Origin: Octopus vulgaris
Taxonomy: Eukaryota
DNA: 64,000 nucleotides
Assembly: GCA_951406725.2 (NCBI GenBank)
Contig: OX597834.1
Location: 30,566,001-30,630,000 of the forward strand
Direction: 5' to 3'
A program made the position numbers and the translations under genes. The notes beneath the pieces are model-generated. The model saw only the letters and a list, made by a program, of their open reading frames with translations. It was not told where the DNA came from and did not search any database. Shown piece by piece: positions 38,703 to 52,000 of the stretch (position 1 is its first letter; every line of letters starts with the position of its first letter).

Positions 38703-38789
38703 GCGGTACATATGTTTCTGGCTTTATTGGACAATTTATATCAATGCATAATTGATGTAACATGTATGTCAATAGCCTTCTTCAGCAGC
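38703..38789 (-). ncRNA. Type I hammerhead ribozyme-like motif with long stem II
   Basis: - strand: gctg CTGAAGA aggc-(hairpin tattg..ttacatcaat/attgatataa..caata)-gcc a GAAAC atat GTA ccgc; palindromic stem III acatatgt. One stem-I mismatch. Confidence 0.5.
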
Positions 38790-39752
38790 GCACAATTACC
38801 ACACTAAAGGCATGTATTACATTATAGCAGGTTTGAGAACAAGTTTGTATATATATGTACAACTGTTAGTGTTGTTTAGACTTGCAAGTAGAGTATCCTC
38901 GCCTGGTCTGCTTCCAGTATGGTACTTAGCTAACTACTTACTGTAGCTAGTAGTATTACTAGTGTGCAATAGACACACACACTTCAGTTCTGTAATATGA
39001 TGCAATAAAGTGTTTCCCTGTTGGTCGATTCTATGGTTAAGCATTTAATTCACTTGGAATCTCCAAACCACCACAATGCTGGAATGAATGGTTTATCTAC
39101 GAACGAGATAAGCTTGTGCTTGTTGCAACTTGACAAATAAAGCAAATACGCAACCGAAATATTGCAAAACTTTTGACTCGGCACAGTCTATCGACTGTTC
39201 CTTATTTTCTGAGAGAGATGAAGAGGAAGGAAGAAAGAGGGAGAAGAGGAGAGAGAGACCCACATGAAGAGCAATGAGACTCCATGTGTGTGTACTGCAT
39301 TGTTTAATTGTGCAACACATGTGATTTGCAAACCATGTGGTCACAGCAAAACTAAACATACAATAGTTCTAATTAGTGTATGTATGTGTGTGTGCGTGTA
39401 AGGGTAGGAGAGGGAGAAAGGGAGAGGGAGAGTAAACAGAGGGAGAAAGAGAACAATAATGGGAAGGGATGAGCTAGTTAGGGAGTGGGGAGTGGGGTAG
39501 CAGGAACAATAGGGAATGGAGGAGTGGAAGGGGGATATGGTAGGAGTACAAGAAAGAGAAGGCAAGAGACTGGGAGAGGGAAAGAGAAGGGGGGGCGAGA
39601 AAGATGTGAGGTAGATATGTAGAAAGGAGGCAGTGAGGGTGAATTGTGGAAGAAAGAGAAAGGTGAACAGATGACAAAGTATAACCGAGTATCTAAACAC
39701 ACACACACACACACACACACCAAGACCTCTTTGATGAAAAGAACCGACTTAC

Positions 39753-39829
39753 AATTTCTTGGATTTCATTTCAGGAGCAGGTGAGACTTTAAATGCAGGT
39801 AAATGGATCACACCCTCAGCTTTCAAATC
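39753..39829 (-). CDS. CNKSR2: CNK exon (PH domain)
   Basis: ttttttttcag|GAT TTG...AAA TT|gtaagt; DLKAEGVIHLPAFKVSPAPEMKSKK, similar to CNKSR2 [24 protein letters not shown]. Phases 0/2. Confidence 0.92.
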
Positions 39830-40119
39830 CTGAAAAAAAACAAGACAATATCTCAGATAGGTTAGTTAGGGTCCCCCACATCACCTTGACACAAATACAC
39901 ATCCAGACACATTCGTATACACAGCAAGAGAAAGGAATCACTCAACAGGTCTGGCCCCTCCTTGCTAGTATACTATCTATATTATATTCCCTATTCTCTC
40001 TTATACTCAAGTTCTTGTACATTGAAACCATGTCCTCACACCTCTCTCTTCATCTCTCTTTCCAGCTGTTCCATCCTATTCTTATATAATGTAGGGAGCA
40101 ACCATCTATCTCTCCACAT

Positions 40120-40344
40120 CAGTGGTTCCCAACCATCTTTTGATGCCTATAGACCCCCTTTAACTCCTGTCATTCAAGGCTTAACAAATCCATTTATATT
40201 TTTTATGTTACCAGGAATTGTATAAAAAAAATGTTAAAATATTTTGTGTATTGTGAGAGGATAACTAATTTATTGCAGATAAATTTTAGCGAAATCTTAT
40301 ACGGACCCCTGAAGGGCCATTTGGATCCCGGTTGAGAACTCCTG
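40120..40344. mobile_element. hAT-type MITE
   Basis: TIRs cagtggttcccaacc / ggttgagaactcctg; 8-bp degenerate TSD ctccacat/ctctacag. Confidence 0.65.
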
Positions 40345-40711
40345 CTCTACAGAAAGACACTTGATCCTGTCCTGGCACAAAGCCAGCTTCCTCCCTATTA
40401 CAACCCGATTCAGTTGAGAGCTTTTATGCTGTTTATTTTATCTTTTCTTTTGCAAGTTACATGGTAACCTTACTTGCGCTGGTGACACAGAAAATAAGGC
40501 ACCCACTACACACTGTAAAGTGGTTGGCATTAGGAAAGGCATCCAGCCATAGAAACCCTGCCAAAGTAGACACTGGAGCTTGACACCATCCTCCAACTCA
40601 TCAGATCCTATATCAGCATGGAAGACAGATGTTAAATGATGATGATCAAGATTAATCATGCTGATACAGGTACATACAAATGCAAATTAGCTAATTGTGA
40701 ATCTATCTTAA

Positions 40712-40986
40712 GCAGATCAGACCGAAAATGTCGCTAGAAGCTAGGATCACCAAGCATAGATTGGCATATTTTGGTCATGTTATGCGGAGAAAATCCCTGG
40801 AGAAGGACATCATGCTCGGAATGGTCAGTGGCAAGAGAGGAAGAGGCCGACCAAGAACCAGCTGGCTTGACACCATCAAGAGGGATACCGGAATGGACAT
40901 AGCCAATCTGAAAGAAGCAGCCCAGGATAGAACTGACTGGAGGACACTGATCAAACAAGTGACCAAGAGTCGACTTCGACTGAGCG

Positions 40987-41034
<48 letters not shown>
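40712..41034 (+). mobile_element. 5'-truncated RTE-clade LINE with (GATA)n tail and 13-bp TSD
   Basis: Open frame SLEARITKHRLAYFGHVMRRKSLEKDIMLGMVSGKRGRGRPRTSWLDTIK...SRLRLSG* (RTE ORF C-terminus); TSD gaatctatcttaa at 40699-40711 and 41035-41047. Confidence 0.9.
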
Positions 41035-41036
<2 letters not shown>

Positions 41037-41149
41037 ATCTATCTTAATAACTGTTTGTAATTATAAGCTCCATAACCTAACAGGCCACAAAATTCAAAAC
41101 AGACTTTGAGTTTAATAAAATGATATAAAAGCCAATTTCGGTGCCTTAC

Positions 41150-41307
41150 GTCATTTCTCTTGTAGTGGAACATGTTGCTTTCCTTCAGAATACACCATCG
41201 TTTCTTCCAGTTCTTTCCCAGAGGCCCTGCACTCTGTTTCTTCTTGTATAACCAGCCTTCACAATCCCCTCGGCCTAAATCTTTACAGGAAATCCTCCTG
41301 TCTGCGG
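41150..41307 (-). CDS. CNKSR2: CNK exon (PH domain N-terminus)
   Basis: tctttgacag|CC GCA GAC...AAT GAC|gtaagg; ADRRISCKDLGRGDCEGWLYKKKQSAGPLGKNWKKRWCILKESNMFHYKRND. RRISCKDLGRGDCEGWL is the CNKSR2 hallmark sequence. Confidence 0.95.
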
Positions 41308-41475
41308 CTGTCAAAGACAAAAGAAAACACCAGAACTTACAACACAAAAAAGACAACAACAACAACAAATAACAATTTCATTTACCAAGATATAATACAT
41401 CGTATTGGGACAGGGGTTTTAGACATTTTGGCACAACAGTTCTGGCCTTGCTTACTTGGTGTCACTGATTTGATG

Positions 41476-41716
41476 GTGGAGGCACGTGGCTTAGTGGTTA
41501 GGGTTTCAGCACCATGATCGTAAGATTGTGGTTTCGATTCCTGGACCGGCGACGCGTTGTGTTCTTGAGCAAAACACTTCATTTCACGTTGCTCCAATCC
41601 ACTCAGCTGGCAAAAATGAGTAACGCTGTGAATTTCCCCGTCCAGCTGGGGAACACATACGACATAGAAACCGAGAAACCGGGCCCATGAGTCTGGCTAC
41701 GCTTTAAAAGGGCACA
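41476..41716 (+). mobile_element. tRNA-derived SINE family D
   Basis: A-box tggcttagtggttag, B-box ggtttcgattcc, body gtgttcttgagcaaaacacttcatttcacgttgctccaatccactcagctggcaaaaatgag; related copies near 8370-8520 (+) and 30870-31010 (-). Confidence 0.75.
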
Positions 41717-41949
41717 TGTATGTCCGTCTCTAGTGCCAAAAAGTACAGTTAGTAAAACAGATTCAATGTCCAGTCAGTCATGCCAAATTACCAGTGACCA
41801 AACAGCCTTGACTAAACATCTCATTCTGTTGAGAAAAGGGTTTTTGGCCCTGTGGCAAGTTGAACAATCACCATTCATCTTGAGGAGGGTTGGTCAACTC
41901 ATCATAACTAAGTTATACATGGTGGGTACTGTGATAACCAGTGGCATAT

Positions 41950-43230
41950 AACAAGTTGCCCTGGCAATAAGCCATACAAAAGAGGTTTGCTCCAGTAATG
42001 GGACATACATGGAAGTTTGCCCTGGCAATCATATCATCATCGTTTAACGTCCACTTTCCATGCTAGCATGGATTGGACGATTTGACTGAGGACTGGCGAA
42101 CCAGATGGCTGCATTAGGCTCCAGTCTTGATCCGGCAAAGTTTCTACAGCTGGATGCCCTTCCTAACGCCAACCACTCCGAGAGTGTAGTGGGTGCTTTT
42201 ACGTGCCACTGGCACGGGGGCCAGTCAGGTGGTACTGGCAACGACCTTGCTCGAATTTTTTTACACATGCCAACGGCACAGTTGCCAGTAAGGCGATGCT
42301 GGTAACGATCCCGCTCGAATGGTGCCTCTTACATGCCACCGGCACGGAAGCCAGTTAGCTGCTCCGGCAACGATCACGCTCGGATGGCGCTCTTAGCACC
42401 CTACTATCACAGGGCACAAGTGCCAGTAAGGCGAAGCTGGCAACGATCACACTCGAATGGTGCTTTTTATGTGCCACTGGCATGGAAGCCGGTTAGCCGC
42501 TCTGTCACATAAGAAATAGCCCTAGTAACCAGTTATACATAGAAGGCTGCCTTGGCAATCAGTTTGTACAGGGAAGGCTTCCAATAGCAATCGGATATAC
42601 ATGGCCAGTTGTCCAAGTAATTATCTACAGGTGCAAGGTTGCCCTAGCAATCAGCTAATACATGAAAGGTTGTCACAAAAATACCATTTGTACAGTGTGG
42701 ATTTCACGAGCAATTCAATTATATAAGTCAGGGTTGCTGTAGCAATCAAAGTATACATGAAATACTGCCATAAAAACCAGCTATACATCAGTTAAGTTGC
42801 CCTGGCAATCAGTTACGTATGGCAGGTTGCCCTGGCAATTAACTATATATGGCAGGTTGCCCTGGCAATTAGCTGTGTATGGTAGGTTGCCCTGGCAATT
42901 AGCTGTGTATAGCAGGTTGCCCTGGTAATCATCTGTATGTGGCAGGTTGCCCTGGCAATTAGCTGTGTATGGTAGGTTGCCCTGGTAATCATCTGTATAT
43001 GGCAGGTTGTCCTGGCAATTAGCTGTGTATGGTAGGTTGCCCTGGCAATTAGCTGTGTATGGTAGGTTGCCCTGGCAATCATCTTTGTATGGCAGGTTGT
43101 CCTGGCAACCTGCTATATTTAGTAAGTCACCTTGACAACCAGATATAAACTAGCAGGTTACCTTGACAACTATCTATAAATGACCCAGCTGCCTATAATT
43201 AGCCTGTTTATAATTAGGTTGCTTATAATT
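41950..43230. repeat. 30-bp minisatellite of X-box-like palindromes, interrupted by a family-C SINE (42033-42508)
   Basis: Unit ggcaggttgccctggcaattagctgtgtat; 11 cores in exact 30-bp phase from 42796 to 43109, with degenerate units on both sides. Confidence 0.9.
42033..42508 (-). mobile_element. SINE family C with internal tandem repeats
   Basis: (cat)n tail, core, repeated ggcaacgatcacgctcg(a/g)atggtgc units. Confidence 0.75.
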
Positions 43231-44292
43231 AGTCATTATCCAACTGTGCTACAAGCTGTGAGCTGCAAACAACATATGAATCTCTCTCTCTCTCTCCCTC
43301 TGCACTGGAATGTGCACTGTTAGATGCATCGAAATGCTGCACAGCAGCTGCATGTGACAATATTTAATTACAAAAGGAAAAGAAATAATATAGGTGCAAT
43401 AGATCTTTGCAGCAGGTAAATGCAGCGTGCAGTGTTGCAGGTAAAAGTGCATACTAATAAGATAGGATAACTTGTTAATCGGTTGGTTGCTGTTGTTGTT
43501 GCTGTTGTTGTTATGGTTAAAGGAGTCAGTAGCATTAGGTGTCGAGTGTGTGTGTGCGCACATGTGTATGTGTGCGCACATGTGTATGTGTGCGTGTGCG
43601 CGCGCGCATATGTATGTGTGTGTGTGTGCGCACATGTGTGTGCATGTGTATGTGTGTGTGCATGCATGTTTGTGTGTGCATGTGTATGCATGTGTGTGTG
43701 TGCGTGCGTATGTGTGTGTGTTTGTGGTAGTACAGTGTGTGTGTGTTCACATTATTGCATTGTGCACATGTGTATGCGTGCATGAATGTAAATGTGCTGT
43801 AAGTATGTATGTATGATTATGCATGTGCATGTATAGGGGTATGTGTATGTGTGTGTGTGTAGTAGTACATTGTGTGTGTTCACATTATTGCATTGTGCGT
43901 GTGTGGTTGTGTAAATGTGCACACGTGTATGTGTGCATGGATGTAATTGTGTCGTGTACATGTATGTGTGATTATGCATGTGCATGTATAGGAGTATGTG
44001 TGTAAGGTTATGTCATGCCTGTGTGATAATGTGTTATGTGCATGTGTGTGTGTGATTATGAGTGTTAGAATATGTGAGGGAGAGTAAGAGGCAAACAAGA
44101 GAGAGAGAGAGAGAGAGACAAAGGCAATTAGAAGAGAGAATGGGAAAAAGACAAGGGAAAAGGGGACAGAGAAGAGGGGAGAATAGAAAAGGAACAACAG
44201 GGTAATGTGAGATGGGAGGAGATGGAAGAGGAGTGGGGAACAAAGAGGTGGGAAAGAACATGTGTGGTTAACCATAGAATGAATATGAAAGG

Positions 44293-44332
<40 letters not shown>

Positions 44333-44820
44333 GGTGGGGTCACAATCAGATATGGCTGTGTAGTTAAGATGTTCACTCCCCAACATTGTGTATTTGGGGT
44401 TCAGTCCCACTGTGTGGCGCTTTGGGCAAGTGCTTTCTACTACAGCCCCAGGAAGACCAAAGCTTTGAGAGTGGATTTGGTAGACGGAAACTGAAAGAAG
44501 CCTGTCACATATAGGTTTTCCTTCCTGTCTATTAAAGGAGGCACAAGCACTTTCACATGCAACAGGAACTTCTGCCAGCCAAATTCAATCTCAAAGCTTC
44601 GGTTGGCCCAAAGCTAAAGCAGAAGACGTTTGCTCAAGATGCCACACAGTGGGACTGAACCTGAAACCATATCCTTAAGAAGCAAGCTTCCTAACTACAC
44701 AGCCATTGTACAAGTGCATGTGTGTATAGGGAGAGGAGAAAGGTCCAGCGGTGAATAACTGTATGTCAAGAGCAAGTGTTGCTCAGAGTTTGGCGACAGA
44801 CATTTGAAAGGAATACTTAC

Positions 44821-44863
44821 CAACTCGTTTTGATGTCTTGGCACGGCGCCTCACAACCTGAGA
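44821..44863 (-). CDS. CNKSR2: CNK small exon preceding the PH domain
   Basis: ttttcctcttcag|TCT CAG GTT...GTT G|gtaagt; SQVVRRRAKTSKRV, a basic stretch as expected before RRISCKDL. Phase-1 end matches 41307. Confidence 0.8.
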
Positions 44864-45699
44864 CTGAAGAGGAAAACGGAAATCAATTAATTTAATTTAA
44901 TTTAATTTTTATTGGCTCAAAAAGCAAAAAGCAATTAAAATTCAGTGTCATTTAAAATCTTCATCATATCCACTCACACATACGCACAGCATTTCCCTGG
45001 CTTAGATTGTCTGATGTGATCATACTGGAGCAATATTTCAAGAGTACAGCTCCCTATACAAACTGCAACAACACATCTACAAAAACACACACAACATGAT
45101 TCTGCATGGCATTTAACCAAGAAGAGACATTTCTGTGATACCCATAGTAAAAGCTGCAAATCCTTGACTGGGAAGGAGGAGTGACAAATATAGATACAAA
45201 GATACACACACACGATGGGATTCAACACAGTTTCCATCTACCAAATTTACTCACAAAGTGATCTGGGGCTATAGATGAAGACACTTGCCCAAGGTGCTGT
45301 GCAGTGGGATTGAACCCCAAAACACACAGTTACAAAAATTATAATGAAAGCTAGTCTTTCTTTTGCAGCTCATTAACAAGTAATGGTCACCTACCCATTA
45401 ACGAGCCTGCTTCCATCTGTACATATGTACACAATGTTCATTATATAATTAATGCAATATAATTATGAGTTGGGGTATTGTCTAAGTGGAAAATAATGAG
45501 GTAAGATAAAGTGTGAATATATTTATTACAGGAATATTTCTGATTAAATATATACCATATACACACATTCATACGTGTTCACATACATATGGATATATAC
45601 ATACATTAATACACACACATGCATATACCAATTTTTCACACATGCACACAGACACACACACACATGCATACACTCATTTCTTCACATGTTATACATATA

Positions 45700-46550
<851 letters not shown>

Positions 46551-46869
46551 CGCGACATATTTTGCCCATTCATACACACATACACTGACATGAATATACA
46601 CATACGCATGTATATACCCGCACAACACACATTCTCCCTCCAAAAGGCATTCAACAGTTTCTTTAATGGTTCCCCCCCCCCCTCACAACCTCCCCCACCC
46701 CCATTTTATTCCATCACACTGCCGCCACCCCCACCCTCCACCACCTTTTACTTCTGTCTTAAGTAAATGCAGCATGAACAACAACAACAAGAAAAACACC
46801 AAAACAAAAAGAAAACATTTGCTGTTTAAATTAGCACCATTTTAGATATTGTTTCTAGGTTTAAGTGGA

Positions 46870-47360
46870 GTGGTGGAGGTGGTGGTGGCAGTGATGGTGG
46901 TGGTGGTAATGATGATAGTGGTGGTGGTGGTGGTAGTGATGGTGGTGGTGGCAGTGATGGTGGTGGTGGTAATGATGATAGTGGTGGTGGTGGTGGTAGT
47001 GATGGTGGTGGTGGTAATGATGATAGTGGTGGTGGTGGTGGTAGTGATGGTGGTGGTGGCAGTGATGGTGGTGGTGGTAATGATGATAGTGGTGGTGGTG
47101 GTGGTAGTGATGGTGGTGGTGGCAGTGATGGTGGTGGTGGTAATGATGATAGTGGTGGTGGTGGTGGTAGTGATGGTGGTGGTGGCAGTGATGGTGGTGG
47201 GGGTAATGATGATAGTGGTGGTGGTGGTGGTAGTGATGGTGGTGGTGGCAGTGATGGTGGTGGGGGTAATGATGATAGTGGTGGTGGTGGTGGTAGTGAT
47301 GGTGGTGGTGGCAGTGATGGTGGTGGGGGTAATGATGATGGTGGTGGTGGTAATGATGAT
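46870..47360. repeat. GTG/ATG-based 60-bp minisatellite
   Basis: Unit gtggtggtggtggtagtgatggtggtggtggcagtgatggtggtggtggtaatgatgata repeated about 8 times; explains the poly-Val ORF. Confidence 0.9.
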
Positions 47361-48083
47361 AATGATTAATTATTATCAGTAATGATTATGATAATCATGA
47401 TGATGATGATGATGATGCTGGTGGCGGAGGGGGTGTTCATAATGAGGATGGTGCTAATGGTGGTGGTGATGATTATGATGGTGGTTTGTGATGGTAGTTG
47501 ATAATGATGATGATTATGAGCGTTTTGATGATGATGATGATGATAGTGGTGGTGGTGGTGGTGGTGGAGACGATAATGAAGATTATGATAATTTTGATGA
47601 TAATGATGGTAATGAGGATAGTGATGGTAACGACTACAAAGAGGAAGAGTGGCAGAGTGGTGTGTTGAACATGAGAATTATAAACAAAGGCACAGGGTGG
47701 GGTGGGTGGAGTGGGGCTGTAAAGAGCGGGGTTGGTGTTGAAGGTGGTGGGGAAGGGGAAGGGTGTTGTTGTTGTTGTTCTCGTTTTAGAGTAAAAACAA
47801 GCCCAAAACAAACAACAAAACAAATGAAATAATTATGACAGCTGGTGGAAGTCAGTAGTGGAGGTCTCTTCTGGGTAGAGGAGTGACGGGAGGAGAAGAA
47901 GATGGAATGAAGTGGGAGAGGGGTTAGCTACAAGCCATCCCCCACCCAGCTCACATTTGCTCTCCCTTTCACTCTCACTGTATTTGAAAGATATGCTGTT
48001 GTTTAGCCCCGGGTCAGCCTTGATTAAGCAGTCCTGTCAGTGGCATAGCTTGGGTGTGTGAATCACAAAGGGTAGCCACATTT

Positions 48084-48114
<31 letters not shown>

Positions 48115-48536
48115 ATGTATATATATATATATAAACAAAGGGCAGAGGAACTCTTGAGAGTCAGCGGCCATCCAATAAACGTATTAAGGCTGTATCATGC
48201 GCGGGGACATAGAAATGATTGAACTGAATACCCGATCGCGCGGTTAAACCATTGGGAGTGAAGGACTCCTAGCCCTTGTTAGGGCATCCTTCTAGGAGAA
48301 GGTAACTCAAGTAACTGGGATAACTCCGACATAAAACCTGCGGCTCAGTGGTTACCGATGATGTTGACTTGTTGTTCTTTTCAGATTATGGCTGGTGTTG
48401 CTTAGTGAGTGGGATTAACTCAGTGCACAGCCTTTCCTCACTTTAAAATAAAATCTTCTTGCACAGGCATTGCACGATAACAACATTGATTAAGCTTCGT
48501 GCAATGGCGATACTCGATAACGAGGGGGCAGCCACC

Positions 48537-48572
<36 letters not shown>

Positions 48573-48829
48573 ATACATATGTGTGTTTGCTATAATTAAA
48601 GGTATGTTATGTTTAAGATATGGAGAAGCAAAGGTGTCAGTGGTAAAACAAAACTGAAGCTGGTCAAGACATTGGTCTGACCAGTTTCACTCTAGAGATG
48701 GGAAAACTGGAAAGTGACAAAAAGGGAAGCAAGAACAATGGACAGTTTCTAGAATAGTTGACATCAAGAGGCTGCAAAGGGATCTGAAATTACATAACTA
48801 AGATGACAATGGGCATCAATAGGGATAAG

Positions 48830-49085
48830 GATAAAGTAAGATGCAGGTGCTGGAACCAGACCGGAGACATCCTCAGACAAGATTGAGAAAGTGATTGTTT
48901 GGTAGCACTAAAATGGAAGCCTGAGGAGAAAAGAGCAGCAGGGCTCTCGAAAACCACATGGCGAAGGACCATTGACAAGGAGAGGAGGAAGGAGAAGGTG
49001 GAATGAGACCAGAACAGCGGCAGAAAACCGAACTGGTTTGAGAGATTGTGTTGCGATCTTATGTCCCTCATGGTATGAAGAGAAC
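48830..49085 (+). mobile_element. Decayed RTE-like LINE 3' end
   Basis: VALKWKPEEKRAAGLSKTTWRRTIDKE resembles the RTE ALxWxPxGKRxRGRPKxTWRR motif. Confidence 0.55.
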
Positions 49086-52000
49086 AAACTATGTTTCAGG
49101 AAAAGAGGTGGTAGTCACTTTGGCCACTGCACAGGATGACCAAAACCCATGCTTCTGCCACAGGGACTAGAAATCAATGTAAAGTGGTGCTTCTCAACCA
49201 TTTTGTTCAAACTGAACCCCAACCTCCAATCTTCTTTGTCATCACCTCCTAATGTCAGTCTTCCATCTTGGCATGGGTTGGATAGTTTGTCAGAATCCAA
49301 CAGGTCAAAGGACTGCATCAAGTGCCAGTGTCTGCTTTGGCATGGCTCCCGTGGTTGCTTACACTTTCTAACACTAACCACTTTACAGACTGCTTTTTTT
49401 CATGGCACCAGCACAAGTGAAGTCACAGTATAGCACGCAAGACTAAGACACCGTTTAAAAGAACGAGGCTGTACTTAGACAGAGAAGCACCTTTATGCTA
49501 TATTATGAAAGATTAAATTATGAAGGAAGAGGCTGAGATAAGTTTCTTGCTGAAGAGGAGAGACATTCATTTGTTATTTATGCCCCATTTTCAAATAACC
49601 CTAGCCCTCTAAAATATTGCTGTGCCCTGTCAGTGGGGACATGCACTCCATCTAGAGAAATATCCTTCAACAAATACCTGTCTATAAAAAATTCTTTCTA
49701 GTTTTGGCACAAGGCCAGCAATTTTAGATGAGAGGGTTAGGCAATTACATCAACCCCACTGCTCAACTCCTACTTATTATCAACCCCGAAGAAGGAAAAG
49801 GATGAAAGGCAAAGTAGGCCTTAGCAGAATTTGAACTCAAATGTGAAGGGCGGTGTGTCTGATGGATTAACAATTTTGCCATCTTGCTGCATTTCTGCCT
49901 TTAATCCTTTAGCAATCAGAAGATCACTCAGTGAGATGCAAGGTTTGTCCACATTGTTCTGAATGAGTCGTGAATTATCTCATAACTTTGATGATGGGAT
50001 TGTTTATTTTGAGAATGACCTTGCAGGGCAGTTGTGAGAGGCCAGACCTGGTCAGTTTGAACAGCAGAACACACCCTCGCAGAACACACACACACAAAAC
50101 CTCTACTACCGTCACTACTAACCACAAACTAACAGATTAAGATTATCCAACCACTAATCCCATCCAAACACAATGGACAGTAAACAAAAATAAACAACAC
50201 AGCCTAAAGGGATGACATGTGACTGCGAAGATGAGTGGTGGTGGTGACATGTGACTATAGTGGGGGTGGAGGTGATGGCACTGTGTTGATGATGGTGGTG
50301 GTGGTGGAGGTGGTACTGTGCATGACATGTGACTGAGGTGTTTACGTTGTGGCAGTGACAATAGTACTGCAGTGGTGGTGGTGGTCCTGCAGTGGTGGTG
50401 GTGGTGGTCCTGCAGTAGTGGTGTGTGGGTGCCCCATTCCTGGAGTAGGTTAGTGTTATTGTTTAACCCCATGTCAACCCTTATTAAGTAGACCTATGAT
50501 CAAAGGCCTTCCAGCCATGACCATCCCGTCTTTGTAAAGGTTTTAAGGCTGGCAATTTTAAGCTGATAAGGTATGATTTGAGGGAAAGATGGCTATTATT
50601 TTTCACAGGTTTAGTGATATGTTCGGTGTGACATGACTAGCAAGAGTGAGTTTAGAAAGTAGGGGACCACTATAACTGAGATGTAGAAACCATGCCACAA
50701 CAGAACTGGAGCCCAGCAGTCTCTGACACACTCTCTCTCTCTCTCTCAGCCATCGTTAGCCTCAAATTACAATCACTCAATGTTTAATTAAGGCAAGTAG
50801 AGTTGTGGTTGCAGTTATGTGGTGATGGTGGTGGTGGTGGCAATAATGAGTGATGGTGATGATGATGGTAGTGTTGTTGTTCTTGTTGGCAGAGATGATG
50901 GTGTTGAAGATGGTAGAGGTATTGATGGTGATAGTGGTGGTGATGATGGTGGTGATGGTAAGGGCAACGGTAGTGGTTGATAGTGACAGCAGTAGTTGTA
51001 GTAGTGGTAGCAGTAATGCCTTAATCTGTCAAGGCATCCAGCCACATCATCATCATCACTTCTAGAGACCTACATGAAATTTGAGTCAGTGTCCTTCATA
51101 TGAAACTGGTCAAGTACATATGCGGATGATGGCTGACCACTCACAGCCACTAACCACTAACGATGCAAACCCTTTTTGATGCACAACTTTCTAAGCCCCA
51201 CCACCACCACACATTCCCCGCCACCCCAACCCTTCTCTCTCTCACGACTGGCAAAATTGCGCAAGAAACAAAGGCCAGTCTGTATATTTTCAGGAAATTC
51301 TAGCCACTTGAGAGTCGAGTGGAACTTGGTGAGGCTAAGCTTTCAGACTGACCACGAAATATTCTATAAAAAAAAAAAAAAAAAAGGAACCCCCCCCCCA
51401 AGGAAAAGAGCAAATATATCAACTCTGACACCAATAACACGAAATTGAAAGCTGACAAATACATCCGGTCTTTAAGGACCTCACCTAACCCTGTGCACCA
51501 CTTCAGATGATGAATTAATGGCTGTCTCATTCCTCTGCTGGCCACAACATGCAAAACTGTGTGGTTAAGGAGTTCACTTGGGAACCACATTGCTGCAGGT
51601 TCAATCCTGCAGTGGAGGAGCATTGGAGCAAGCATTTTCTACCACAGCCTTGGCTGGCTGGATCAACGGCTTTGGGTGACCCAAGCCCTTATTACACCTT
51701 AGAGGTGAGTTGATTTGGTATATGAGCCTTTTAACTGACAACTTGGGAGAGGAAGGAGGACCATCTTAATGGTGTTATAATTCTGCAGGAAAATGCAATA
51801 TACTGCACCCCTACATGTGCAATCACAACATAATAATATACATCATTAACGGGATCCCTAGAGGCGTGGGAGGGCCCCTATTGCGTGCTCCTTATGATGG
51901 TACTCTCAAGAGACGGATGAAAAAAAACCCAGTCAAATAGAATGGTTTGAAATCAGAATCTTTCATAACATCATTCCAATCATCATGGTAACTGGCCTTT

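Noticed and set aside
41476-41556. tRNA gene
   Set aside because: A and B boxes continue into a repeated SINE body with no clean cloverleaf; the same holds for family A and B heads.
42796-43109. CRISPR-like regularly spaced palindromic repeats
   Set aside because: Spacers are near-identical to each other, the context is a eukaryotic intron and there are no cas genes; it is a minisatellite.
46849-47382. 177-aa poly-Val/Met ORF
   Set aside because: GTG/ATG minisatellite within a CNK intron; no splice or domain support.
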